From Vulcanimicrobiota bacterium (lineage in GTDB: Bacteria > Vulcanimicrobiota > Vulcanimicrobiia > Vulcanimicrobiales > Vulcanimicrobiaceae): a DNA stretch of 64,000 nucleotides. The notes below the pieces were generated by a model. That model was not told the origin of the DNA and searched no databases. It saw only the letters and a list, made by a program, of their open reading frames with translations. The stretch is taken from positions 192,001 through 256,000 of the forward strand of contig CAVTCS010000003.1 in the NCBI GenBank assembly GCA_963733295.1. The letters are read 5' to 3'. The first letter of the stretch is position 1. The number at the start of each line of letters is the position of its first letter. Below, piece after piece: positions 20,065-29,709 of the stretch. Both the position numbers and the translations under genes were made by a program.

Positions 20065-21674
20065 GGCGATACGCTGAAGGTCCACTGGGGCGAGAGATAC
20101 TGCTTGTTCCAGCCGAAGTAGTAGCTGCGTCCGAGATTGATCTTGAGCATCGGCGACAGGCGTTCGGTAATGCTGAGGTTCGTGCTGAGCGGTGGCCGTC
20201 CGTATCCGTGGAATTGCGGAAAATCGTCGGTGTACCACGCCGTGAACTGGATTTGGTTGTCGCCCCGCCGCTGGTACGTCCACTGTCCGCTGTAGGTGCG
20301 CAGCGTCGTGAGCCCGTCGTACGCGAAGTAACCGGGCCAAAGCGTTCCGTCCGGCGCGTAGTACGGATACTCGGGGTTCGGAAGCGAGAGGTACTGCATT
20401 GGGTCGTCGCGGTAGCGGCTATCGATTTGCTGAAACGAGGCTGTTCCGTTGAACCGGATCGGCGAACCGAGCAGCGAGCGTGAGAAGTTGAGCGACAAGG
20501 TCCCGTTCGTGACCTCGTGCGGATAGTCGTACGCGAGAAAGGTGTAATCGTAGCGTGCGCTGGCGTTGAAGCCGAGCGGGAGCCGCGCAGTCGGCGACTG
20601 AACGTATGCGCTCGGGCCAAACCGGAAGTCTTTGGCGAAAGGAAGCGCACCCGGGTTCCGGTCGAAGCCATAGTCGAGGCTCAGCTTGTACTGGAAAAAG
20701 TGCGGGATCCAGCGGTCGTAGGTGCTGAGGATCAGGTCTGCCGTCTGCGAACTGTCGGACTGGCTCGCCGCGAAGGTCGTGCGAAACTGGCGTTCGGACC
20801 ACTGTAACTGATAGCGCGCGTAGTCGCTCGCATACTGGCCGAAGATGTGGTCGGCGTTGAAATTCTGCTGCAGCCCCGGCAGCAATTGCTGGAACGCGTT
20901 GATATCGATCTGCCGGTCGCGCAAAGGCAGGATCGAAGCGACGAGGTAGGCATTGTTGCCGGCCACCAGACGCTCGTCCATTCCGAGCGTCACGGCGTTC
21001 TGTCCGTCGTAGCGCAGGTGCGCCGCGGTCATCGAATTCGCGGTGCCGAAGAGCGTGTACGACTGGTCGAGCATCGCGCCCGGCATCGCGCTTTGGCTGA
21101 AATTCTGGTTGGAGGCGAGCGTGTAGAGGAACGTCGGAAGCGAGACCGAGGCGCCGCTACTCGCGGGAAACTCGGCTGGGGACATGCGCAGGTTCGCATT
21201 GGGCGCGAGGATCGCGTGCCGGGAACGAATGAACGGACGCGAATCGCTCAGGTCGAGCGCCTCGAACGTTTCGGGCTTCGGCGGCTCGACGACCGCCGTG
21301 CGGAGTTCGTCGGCATGGAGCGTGAGGACCGACGGGATGGGCTCCGCGCGCAACAGCGTCGCCCCACCCGAGGGCAAGTCGAGCGCATAGGCCGCTCCAC
21401 TCAGTTTGTCGCCGCGTCCGCTGACGCGCACGTTCCCGGTTGCGAGCAGCCGGTTCTTGCGCAAATCGTAGCGGGCCGAATCGGCTACGATCGTGCGCGA
21501 TCCCGCGTGGATGGTTACGTGGCCGTCGGCGGCCAACCACGCCGAATCGCTGAATAAGTAGAAACCGACCGCGTCGGCCCGCACGTCCACGCGTCCCGGC
21601 ACTTCAGCGCACGCCGTCCCGAGCGTTGATCCGAACGCAAGTGCAAATGCGACGAGCGGGACGTGTTTGCGCAC
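20061..21674 (-). CDS. LptD/OstA-like outer-membrane protein, copy 2
   Basis: Signal peptide; OstA-like jellyroll (ADGHVTI...IVADSARYDL..NRLLATGNVRV); Tyr/Phe-rich amphipathic beta strands; paralog of 22575-24419. Confidence 0.62.
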   Translation of the reverse strand: MRKHVPLVAFALAFGSTLGTACAEVPGRVDVRADAVGFYLFSDSAWLAADGHVTIHAGSRTIVADSARYDLRKNRLLATGNVRVSGRGDKLSGAAYALDLPSGGATLLRAEPIPSVLTLHADELRTAVVEPPKPETFEALDLSDSRPFIRSRHAILAPNANLRMSPAEFPASSGASVSLPTFLYTLASNQNFSQSAMPGAMLDQSYTLFGTANSMTAAHLRYDGQNAVTLGMDERLVAGNNAYLVASILPLRDRQIDINAFQQLLPGLQQNFNADHIFGQYASDYARYQLQWSERQFRTTFAASQSDSSQTADLILSTYDRWIPHFFQYKLSLDYGFDRNPGALPFAKDFRFGPSAYVQSPTARLPLGFNASARYDYTFLAYDYPHEVTNGTLSLNFSRSLLGSPIRFNGTASFQQIDSRYRDDPMQYLSLPNPEYPYYAPDGTLWPGYFAYDGLTTLRTYSGQWTYQRRGDNQIQFTAWYTDDFPQFHGYGRPPLSTNLSITERLSPMLKINLGRSYYFGWNKQYLSPQWTFSVSP

Positions 21675-21684
21675 TTGGGGCGAC

Positions 21685-22578
21685 TCACTTGTGCGGCGGC
21701 GTTTCTACCGTGCGGGGCGGGGTGACGAAGGGAATGGGATTATACGGCGTCGCCGTGCCTGACACCCCGGCCGGATTCGGATTGTTCGGATTTTGATCGG
21801 CCCACTCATAAACTGTGTCGGCTAACCTCTTGACATCGACGTTCGGAACCACTGCGGAATGCGTAACCTGCAGCCCGTTCTGGCCGCGCTCCGAGGTCGG
21901 CCAGCTGCCGCGCGTGTACCGGTAGACCAATTTCGTTCCAGACGCGTAGGTCAGCGAGACGCGGTAGTGCAGCGCATCAACGCGGTCCATCTTGATCGCG
22001 GTCGGACTCCAGCCGCTCGTATCGGTCGCGATGTACACCTGATCGGTGAACGGCGTGTTTGACGGAACTTGTACCGTGATCACGACGAGCGCCGGCTTTC
22101 CGTCGTAACCGGGGGCGTTCGGATGGGTCAGGTCGGGATTTTCGAACGGCGCCGATATCGCGACGGCGAAGCGCTTTACTTCGTCGTAAGAAGCTTCTTG
22201 AGGAAGCGGGCGCTTCGAGAGTGCGAGCGTGACGACGGCGCCGCTTCCCGAATCGAAGGAGGCGCGCGCGTAGGTCAGCGTGACGGGACGTAGCGAGGTT
22301 GGTCCGGTGCCTGCCGCATCCACGAGCTTGTAGTCCGGTGCGAGCCGGAACGCGTCGCCGGTCGTGAAGAAGATGAACGACTTGCGGACGTCGAGGATCT
22401 GCCCCGAAAATGCGATCAGCTTCCCGGAAGGCGAGGGAGTCGCGGTCGCTTCGATCGGCGGAAGGGTTGCAATCGACCCGAGCGGGGCCGGCGTCGGGAG
22501 CGCGCCGCCGCGCGCCAAACCGCTCCAAGCCAGAACGAGCGCGAGGACGGCAAGCGCGGCGAAAGCCCAGTTCCTCAC
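21685..22578 (-). CDS. Secreted protein with C-terminal CBM20-like domain, copy 1
   Basis: Signal peptide; VITVQVP..TP..DQVYI....GW.P...M.RVD..HY...YRYTRGSW...YEWAD. Confidence 0.75.
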   Translation of the reverse strand: MRNWAFAALAVLALVLAWSGLARGGALPTPAPLGSIATLPPIEATATPSPSGKLIAFSGQILDVRKSFIFFTTGDAFRLAPDYKLVDAAGTGPTSLRPVTLTYARASFDSGSGAVVTLALSKRPLPQEASYDEVKRFAVAISAPFENPDLTHPNAPGYDGKPALVVITVQVPSNTPFTDQVYIATDTSGWSPTAIKMDRVDALHYRVSLTYASGTKLVYRYTRGSWPTSERGQNGLQVTHSAVVPNVDVKRLADTVYEWADQNPNNPNPAGVSGTATPYNPIPFVTPPRTVETPPHK

Positions 22579-24419
22579 TTTACCACCTGAATGTTGAATC
22601 CGTTGACGCCGTACGGCGAGCCCCAGCGATAGTATCCGCCCCAGTTGAAGTAATACGCGCGGGAAATATCGATGCTCAAGATCGAGTTGACCTTGAAACG
22701 TACGTCGAAGGTCGCTTGATTCGGCGGCACGCCGACTTGAGGCTGCGACTGCTGCTGTGGAATTGCGATGGGGAAGTCGTCGTCGGTGCGCATGGAAGCT
22801 GAGAAGGTCAATCCGGGATTCGGCGTCACCAGTATCTGTCCCGTGAGCGCGCGGGTCGTCGCGAAACCCCGGAAGGCTCTGTACTCCGGATAGAGCACGT
22901 TACCGATCCCGACGCCGGCGAACGAAGGGTAGGCGTCGCTCTGATCGAGCTCGTTGTTGTAGCGATCCGATACGTTGAGGTTCGTATATTGAACGAGCGT
23001 CTGCACGTGCGTCACGATTTCTTTGCTCAACGAGAGCGTCAGCTGCGTCGTGTCGACGTGGTGCGGAAGCGGCGAAGACCACTGGATCTGTTTGTCGAGC
23101 GTGGCGTTGAATTGCGTATCGTAGGCGGCGCCGCGGTGGTCGCGGCCGATGCGCACCGACGGCGAGAGCAGCGTTATGCCTAGAGTGCGCGTGTAGAGCG
23201 TGACGTAGGCGGGATTAAACGGCGGGGTGAGTCCGAGCGTCGACAGCGGGGTCGGTTCGTTGTGCGCGTATCCCAGACCCGAGCGCAGGCGGAAATACAG
23301 AGGCAGATGGTCGACCTGGTTTTGATAGCCTTGCCAGGTAAGCGAAATGTTCAACGGGTGATCGGGACCCCACGCGTGGACCGGCGCGCCGTAGTAGTAC
23401 ATCCCGTCGATCGGTGCGGGCATCGCGAGCAGGCTCTCGTAGTACCAGATCGGCGTGATTTGGATTCCGGAACGCGGAAGGGCGAGGTTGATTTGCGGTT
23501 GTACCGTCGCCGTCGCCTGGAGCGGCTGCGTGAAACCCGACTGAAATGCGTTCTCCTGGAGCGCCGGCGAGATCTCGATAGCTGGAGCGGGATGCACGAA
23601 GCCCAGCAGATTGTACTGCTTCTCGGGACGCGTTAGCGGATTGATCGACGCAACGATGTAGTGATCGTCGCTGACCTGGTGCTGCTCGAGCGCGAAGTAG
23701 ACGCCGTTCATCGTGCTGTAGCGCAAGTGCAGCGTCGAGAGCGCGTGGGAGCCGCCGAGAAAATCGTACGGACCGTCGACGTTCGCCGGCGCGAGCGCGT
23801 TCTGCGCGAAGTTGGGGTTGGGTGAGTACAGCAGAAAGTATCCCGGAAAAGGCACCTTCGCGATTCCGAAGTTGATCGTCGCGGGCCAGAAATGGACGCT
23901 CTGGCGTGGATCGACGACCGCCTTCGTCGCCGTCAAAAAAATGCGTTCGGTCGAAACGTCGGGGAGGTAGAACGCGTCGCCCGGCATTTCGCGGCCGCGC
24001 AGCGGATGTGCGTAGTCGCCGTCGACATAGGTCCAGCGGTCGGGCTCCGCTCCGACCGGCAAGAAATAAACGCGATCGAAATCGAAATAGTAGGCGAGCG
24101 CCGCCCCCTCCAGCGAGACGTCGCCGCGCTCGACCGTCACGTTTCCCGCAACGAGGAAGCGGTTGAGACGAAGGTCCATGAAAAATGTGTTTGCGCTGAT
24201 GACCGTGCCGTCGCCCAGCCGTACGACGACCGATCCTTGCGCCCCCACGATATAGCGGCTGCTGTAGAATGCGATCGTTTTTGCTCGCAGACTGAAGGGA
24301 CCGAGCCGGGCGGGATGCGTTTTGACGACCGCGCTCGCGGTTTCCGCCGCACCGGCGCGCGCCGCGGTCGCGGCAACGAGTGCGCAGAGAATCGTGATGC
24401 GCCGGAGAAAATTTGTCAA
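22575..24419 (-). CDS. LptD/OstA-like outer-membrane protein, copy 1
   Basis: TTG at 24419 with SD AGGGA; signal peptide; AQGSVVV...ISANTFFMDLRLNRFLVAGNVTV; C-terminal ISRAYYFNW...FNIQVVK. Confidence 0.62.
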   Translation of the reverse strand: MTNFLRRITILCALVAATAARAGAAETASAVVKTHPARLGPFSLRAKTIAFYSSRYIVGAQGSVVVRLGDGTVISANTFFMDLRLNRFLVAGNVTVERGDVSLEGAALAYYFDFDRVYFLPVGAEPDRWTYVDGDYAHPLRGREMPGDAFYLPDVSTERIFLTATKAVVDPRQSVHFWPATINFGIAKVPFPGYFLLYSPNPNFAQNALAPANVDGPYDFLGGSHALSTLHLRYSTMNGVYFALEQHQVSDDHYIVASINPLTRPEKQYNLLGFVHPAPAIEISPALQENAFQSGFTQPLQATATVQPQINLALPRSGIQITPIWYYESLLAMPAPIDGMYYYGAPVHAWGPDHPLNISLTWQGYQNQVDHLPLYFRLRSGLGYAHNEPTPLSTLGLTPPFNPAYVTLYTRTLGITLLSPSVRIGRDHRGAAYDTQFNATLDKQIQWSSPLPHHVDTTQLTLSLSKEIVTHVQTLVQYTNLNVSDRYNNELDQSDAYPSFAGVGIGNVLYPEYRAFRGFATTRALTGQILVTPNPGLTFSASMRTDDDFPIAIPQQQSQPQVGVPPNQATFDVRFKVNSILSIDISRAYYFNWGGYYRWGSPYGVNGFNIQVVK

Positions 24420-24491
24420 ACGTGTTCCCTGCACAGTTTGGTGAACGAAGTGGTTGAAGGCATCGTTCACTCGAGTCAGAAGCGCGGCCGT

Positions 24492-25637
24492 ATGGCACGC
24501 GGCATCGTGATCGTCCTCGATTCGGGCGGCATCGGCGCGCTCGGCGACGCGGCCGCTTACGGCGATGCGCCCGGCGCCAATACGATCGGCAACACGGCGC
24601 AGAGCGTCGGCGGTCTTTCCTTACCCAACTTCGAGCGCTTGGGCCTGGGGTGTTTGACGCCGATTCGGGGCGTGCGCCCGGTTGCCGCACCGGCCGCGTT
24701 CGTCGAGAAGCTCGACGAATCGTCAAAGGGCAAGGACACGATCACCGGCCACTGGGAGATGGCGGGCATCCACACGGAGGTCCCGTTTCCGACCTATCCC
24801 CACGGGTTTCCCCCCGAGGTCGTCGAGGCGTTCGCGGCGATCTGCGGCGCGCCGCCGCTCGGCAACGTGGCCGCCTCGGGCACGGAGATCATCGAGCGGC
24901 TGGGAGCGCAGCACCTTGCGACCGGGCGGCCGATCCTCTACACCTCGGCGGACTCGGTCTTCCAAGTGGCCGCCCACGAAGCGATCGTGCCGCTGCCGCG
25001 TCTGTACGACTGGTGTGAGGCTGCACGGGCCATGCTCGTGCCTCCGAACGAAGTCAACCGCGTGATCGCGCGCCCGTTCGCCGGCAGTCCGGGGCGCTTC
25101 GAGCGCACCCCGAACCGGCGCGACTTCGCGCTCGATCCACCCCAAAACGTTCTGGACCGGATGGCGGCGGCCAACGTCGAAGTGCACGCCGTTGGCAAGA
25201 TCTGCGATATTTTTAACGGACGTAGCATTGCGACTTCCGTCCGGGTCAGCGATAACGAAGAGGCGATGGAACGAACGTTCGAGATCCTGCACTCGATCGA
25301 GCGTGGGTTCGTTTTCGTGAATCTGAACGACTTCGACAGCAAGTACGGACACCGTCGAGACGTCCGCGGCTATGCGTCTGCCCTGGAGCGCCTGGATCGG
25401 CGCGTCCCGGAGCTCGAGGCGGCGCTCCGGCCGGGTGACGTGGCGATCTTTACGGCGGATCACGGGTGCGATCCCACCGCGCCCGGCAGCGACCACACGC
25501 GCGAATACCTCCCCTACCTCGAGCTCGGTGTCCGCCGCGGTTCCTCCAAGGGGACCGCAGGTCTCGACGTCGTCGGCCGGCGGATGAGCGATCTGCTGGT
25601 TTCGGGAGTTCAAACGGTGGGCACCCCGTCATCGTGA
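24492..25637 (+). CDS. deoB: Phosphopentomutase
   Basis: IVLDSGGIG, SKGKDTITGHWE, YTSADSVFQ, RVIARPF, DFDSKYGHRRD, TADHGCDP, DHTRE. Confidence 0.96.
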   Translation: MARGIVIVLDSGGIGALGDAAAYGDAPGANTIGNTAQSVGGLSLPNFERLGLGCLTPIRGVRPVAAPAAFVEKLDESSKGKDTITGHWEMAGIHTEVPFPTYPHGFPPEVVEAFAAICGAPPLGNVAASGTEIIERLGAQHLATGRPILYTSADSVFQVAAHEAIVPLPRLYDWCEAARAMLVPPNEVNRVIARPFAGSPGRFERTPNRRDFALDPPQNVLDRMAAANVEVHAVGKICDIFNGRSIATSVRVSDNEEAMERTFEILHSIERGFVFVNLNDFDSKYGHRRDVRGYASALERLDRRVPELEAALRPGDVAIFTADHGCDPTAPGSDHTREYLPYLELGVRRGSSKGTAGLDVVGRRMSDLLVSGVQTVGTPSS

Positions 25638-26320
25638 CGCAACGCGCCGACGTTCAGCCATTCAGCGCTCCGCTTTTGCCGCGTTCCGAAAGCAGCGCCA
25701 AGCCGCGCCGCGTGCCGAAGTCCTGGCATTTCCTCAAACGCGCGACCGACGTAGCGGTCGGCGGAGCGGCCCTGATCGGGTTGTCGCCGCTGGTTGCGGC
25801 CGCGGCCGTCGGCGTGATGGTGGTCTCACCCGGCTCGCCTTTCTTCTTACAGCAGCGCGTCGGGAAGGACGGGCGGCGCTTCTTCTTGCTGAAGTTGCGG
25901 ACGATGGTCGACGGCGCCCATTTGCGCCACTCCGAGATGCGCGACCTGAACGAAGTCGCCGGTCCCGTCTTGAAGATCAGGAACGATCCGCGCTTGCATC
26001 CGCTGGGCAAATTCCTGCGCCGGACGAGCATCGACGAACTGCCGAATCTGGTGAACGTTCTGTTGGGTCAGATGTCGATCGTCGGTCCCCGGCCGCCCCT
26101 TCCGTGCGAAGTCGAACATTACGACGAGTTCGCGTTGCGCCGGCTGAGCGTTAAGCCGGGGATCACCTGCCTTTGGCAGATCAACGGCCGCTCCAACGTG
26201 TCCTTCGAAAAGTGGATGCAACTCGATAACCACTACATCGACACTTGGTCGCCGCTCATCGATCTCGCGATCATGGCGCGCACCGTTCCGGCCGTGTTGC
26301 GCGGCGAGGGCGCTCATTAA
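25634..26320 (+). CDS. Priming sugar transferase (polyprenyl-phosphate phosphoglycosyltransferase, Bac_transf domain)
   Basis: KRATD, KLRTM, DPR, FLRRTSIDELP, GQMSIVGPRP, VKPGITCLWQ; GTGA overlap with deoB. Confidence 0.92.
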   Translation: MTQRADVQPFSAPLLPRSESSAKPRRVPKSWHFLKRATDVAVGGAALIGLSPLVAAAAVGVMVVSPGSPFFLQQRVGKDGRRFFLLKLRTMVDGAHLRHSEMRDLNEVAGPVLKIRNDPRLHPLGKFLRRTSIDELPNLVNVLLGQMSIVGPRPPLPCEVEHYDEFALRRLSVKPGITCLWQINGRSNVSFEKWMQLDNHYIDTWSPLIDLAIMARTVPAVLRGEGAH

Positions 26321-27935
26321 GGCGCATCTCCGCCCGCTGCCCTCGATCGCGCCGAGCCACGTTTCGCTCGCGCGCTCCACGCTCGTCGTCATGGGAGCCA
26401 CGCTCGCTTCAAGTCTGCTCGGTTTTGCGCGCGAAGTAGTAAACGCGCGCTACTACGGGACGCAAGTCGAGATGGACTCGTTCCTCGCCGCGGCGGTCAT
26501 ACCGACGATTCTTTTCGGCGTCTTCAACGGTGCGCTGGTCAGCGCGCTGGTGCCGGTATTTTCCGAATTCGTGGCGCGCGGCGACGAAGACGGCGCGTGG
26601 CGCTTGGCGAGTACGGTTTTCAACGGACTGTTCCTCACGCTGACTGCGTTCGCAGTGTGCGGCTGGCTGCTCGCACCCTTCTACGTGCCCGTCATCGCGC
26701 AAGGCTTTCACGGGACGCAGCTGGCGATGACGATCGAGATTACGCGTTGGCTCATGCCGACGGTCGTCGCCACGAGTTTGGCCGGTGTGGTCAGCGCGAT
26801 GCTGAACGCGCACCATCGCTTTTCGGCCTCTGCCGTACAAGGGATGGCGCTGAACATCGTGACCATCGCGGCCGTCGTCGCATTCCAACCGCACCTGGGA
26901 ATATTCGCGCTGGTCCTCGGCACCTCGCTCGGACTGTTTGCCCAGCTGCTCGTGCAGCTCCCCGCCGTGCTGCGCAACCGCATGTACCGCTTTACGCTCG
27001 ATCTGCACCATCCCGGCCTGCAGAAGATCGGCGCGATGCTCGGGCCGATCGTGGTCGGCTCGGCTGCCGGTCAAACTGCGATTTTCTTCGACCGTCACTT
27101 CGCCTCCACGCTCGGCACCGGAAACATCTCGGGAATGAACTACGCGACGAAGCTGGTCGGGTTTCCGCAGCAGATCTTCGCGACCGCGATCGCGACGGTG
27201 ATCTTCCCGTTGCTCGCGTCGCAATTCGCGATCGCCAACCGTGCGGGCGTCCGCCGCAGCGTCGTGATGGGCCTGCGCCTCGTGAACTTGGTGACCGTAC
27301 CGTCGGTCTTCGGGTTGATCTTTCTGGCCCATCCGATCGTAGCGGCGCTTTTTCAGCGCGGCGAATTCGGACCCTCGGCGACCGAGCTCACCTCGAGTTT
27401 GCTGCCGTTCTCGGCGATCGGGCTCGTCGGAGTTGCAGCCAGCATCGTCTTGACGCGCTGCGGCTTCGCTTGCAAGGAGACGCGCTGGACGGTCGGCATT
27501 TCCGTGTTCGCGGTCGTCTTGAACGTCGTGCTTTCGGTCACGTGGCTGCCGACGCTCGGCGCGCGCGGGCTGCTCCTGGCGAATTCGGTCAGTCAGTGGA
27601 CGCAGGCGGCGTTGCTGCTCGTTCTCATTTGGCGCCTCACGAATGGCCTCGATTGGAAGACGATCCTCGGTTCGGCTGCGCGCATCGTCGTCTGCTCGCT
27701 GGCGATGGTGATCGCGCTGCATTGGATCGCGTCGCTCGGCGTTGTCGTCGGCAGCTCGTTCGTAGCGCGCGCCACGTTCCTGCTCGGACAACTCTTCATC
27801 GCGACGCTCGTCTTTCTGGGTATGGCGCGGCTGGTCCGCGTGGAAGAACTCGGCATCGCCTTCCGGCTCATCTTGCAAAAGTTCGAAAGCCGCACTCCGA
27901 GCCCGCCGGAGAATCGCGAGGTTCCGATTGCCTGA
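26316..27935 (+). CDS. murJ: Lipid II flippase MurJ (MviN); start ATT 26316 or ATG 26391
   Basis: SLARST....ATLASSLLGFARE, G...DSFLAA..IP, GALVSALVPVF, YA..L...P, FQRGEF. Confidence 0.9.
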   Translation: MKAHLRPLPSIAPSHVSLARSTLVVMGATLASSLLGFAREVVNARYYGTQVEMDSFLAAAVIPTILFGVFNGALVSALVPVFSEFVARGDEDGAWRLASTVFNGLFLTLTAFAVCGWLLAPFYVPVIAQGFHGTQLAMTIEITRWLMPTVVATSLAGVVSAMLNAHHRFSASAVQGMALNIVTIAAVVAFQPHLGIFALVLGTSLGLFAQLLVQLPAVLRNRMYRFTLDLHHPGLQKIGAMLGPIVVGSAAGQTAIFFDRHFASTLGTGNISGMNYATKLVGFPQQIFATAIATVIFPLLASQFAIANRAGVRRSVVMGLRLVNLVTVPSVFGLIFLAHPIVAALFQRGEFGPSATELTSSLLPFSAIGLVGVAASIVLTRCGFACKETRWTVGISVFAVVLNVVLSVTWLPTLGARGLLLANSVSQWTQAALLLVLIWRLTNGLDWKTILGSAARIVVCSLAMVIALHWIASLGVVVGSSFVARATFLLGQLFIATLVFLGMARLVRVEELGIAFRLILQKFESRTPSPPENREVPIA

Positions 27936-29229
27936 GCGTTTTCTGACCGGTTTCCGGCGTATCTACAGTAGCGACTTCGTCCGTCACGGGTTGATCATCT
28001 TCGCGGCCTCGATGATCGTGAACGTGTTCGGATATCTCTACCATTCGCTCAACAGCCGGCGGCTCGGCGTCGAAGGTTACGGCGTGCTCTCGGCCCTCAA
28101 CGCGGCTTACATGATCAGCTTGTTCGTTCCGGCGATTCTATCGACCGTCGTGGTCAAGTACGCCGCGGAGTTCAGGGCGCTCGAAGACGCGGAACATCTC
28201 AGCGCGCTCGGACGCGCGGTTACGAAGTACGTCGGCGCGGCCGCAGTCGCGGCGATCGTCTTGGGTTCGCTGCTCGTTCTGCCGGCCGGGCGCTTCCTGC
28301 ACATCGCCGACGCCTGGTCGATCGAATTGATCGCGCTCGTGATCGGATTGTCTCTACTCCTGAACGTGCTGCGCGGAGTTTTGCAAGGCGTCGAAAACTT
28401 TCGCGGCTTCGCTCTCTCGACGATGCTCGAGTCGCTCCTCAAGACGGTGCTCGGCGTGGGCCTCGTCTATGCGGGCTACGGCGTGGTGGGCGCGCTCGGC
28501 GGCTGGTTGACCGGGACGATCGTTGCGCTCGCGTTTACCTTGTGGACGGTCTTGTGGCCTCACCGCAACAGAGCGCGCGTGCCGCTTCACCTCGACCTCC
28601 GCCGTCTGGTCTTGACCAGCGCCAACGTCGCGCTCTCGATCCTGCTCATCACGAGCCTTGGCTACTCCGACGTGCTGCTGGTCAAACACTACAGCGATGC
28701 GACGACCGCCGGCCTTTACGGAGCGCTCTCGCTCAGCGGGAAGATGCTTTTCTTCCTGGTCGCCTTCGTGCCGACCGTCGTGCTGCCCAAGGCATCGCGC
28801 CGCGCCGCGGGAGGTGCCAGTCCGCTTCCGCTGCTGGTGCTGGCGGTCGGAAGCGTCATCCTGCTCGCGGGTTCCGGCCTCTTCCTCTACTTCGCGTTCC
28901 CATCGCGGGTCGTCACGTTGCTGGCCGGCAAAGCCTTCGCCTCGGCGGCCCCGCTCGTTTTCCCCTACGGTATTGCGACGGTCTTTCTCGCGATCCTCAA
29001 CGCGGTCGTCTTCTATAAGATGGCGATCCACCGCTTCGACTTCTTGGTGCCGCTGACGCTAGTCGCCGTCGCCGAAGTCGCCGGCATCGCCCTGCGCCAC
29101 GATTCGCTGGCGCACGTGATCGAAGTCTTGATTGTCGCGAACGGCGTCGCGCTCGTTGCCGCGCTCTATCGCGTCAACGTGCCGCTCGATTCGCGCAAGG
29201 CCGCGCCGGCATCCGGCGCCGCGGCCTAG
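27928..29229 (+). CDS. Wzx-type oligosaccharide flippase
   Basis: About 12 hydrophobic segments, RRLGVEGYG, LRGVLQG, D..LVK, AGLY; follows the sugar transferase and murJ. Confidence 0.78.
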   Translation: MPERFLTGFRRIYSSDFVRHGLIIFAASMIVNVFGYLYHSLNSRRLGVEGYGVLSALNAAYMISLFVPAILSTVVVKYAAEFRALEDAEHLSALGRAVTKYVGAAAVAAIVLGSLLVLPAGRFLHIADAWSIELIALVIGLSLLLNVLRGVLQGVENFRGFALSTMLESLLKTVLGVGLVYAGYGVVGALGGWLTGTIVALAFTLWTVLWPHRNRARVPLHLDLRRLVLTSANVALSILLITSLGYSDVLLVKHYSDATTAGLYGALSLSGKMLFFLVAFVPTVVLPKASRRAAGGASPLPLLVLAVGSVILLAGSGLFLYFAFPSRVVTLLAGKAFASAAPLVFPYGIATVFLAILNAVVFYKMAIHRFDFLVPLTLVAVAEVAGIALRHDSLAHVIEVLIVANGVALVAALYRVNVPLDSRKAAPASGAAA

Positions 29230-29256
29230 TTCCCGGCGCGGGAAACGAAGCCGCGG

Positions 29257-29655
29257 CTAGAACTGCTTGACGTTGAGCAGGCCTGCTGCGCGGAAGGCTT
29301 CGATCACCTTGCCGACCGTGTCGCTGGTCGCCGAATAGGCCACGACGCTGCGTCCCCGGCCGAGTGCTTCGAGGTAGTTGTCGCTTTCGCCATCGGGGAT
29401 GTTGAAGTCGCCTAGCCGCCCGATGAGCGAGTCGTCGGCTTTGACCGTGACGCCGGAACCGGAGTTGATGCCGGGCACCGAAGCTCCGCCGTCGGAAGTA
29501 AGCAGCTCGGAACCGATCATCGCCCCCGGGATGAGGTCGATGTCGCCGCCGTCGATGACGTCCAAACGATCGCCGTCAAGCGCAGCTGCCTTCAGCGCAT
29601 CGCGCAACGGCTCCACGTTGGCACTCTGCGAAAGTCCGACTACGATAAACCCCAT
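29257..29655 (-). CDS. Hypothetical protein (general-stress-protein-like)
   Basis: Strong SD GGAGGT; LGDFNIPDGESDNYLEALGRGRSVV pattern. Confidence 0.6.
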   Translation of the reverse strand: MGFIVVGLSQSANVEPLRDALKAAALDGDRLDVIDGGDIDLIPGAMIGSELLTSDGGASVPGINSGSGVTVKADDSLIGRLGDFNIPDGESDNYLEALGRGRSVVAYSATSDTVGKVIEAFRAAGLLNVKQF

Positions 29656-29709
29656 GCTACCTCCGAGATAGAAGCGAGCCGGTCACGTTCGGGGTCGGGG
29701 CTTCGCGCC

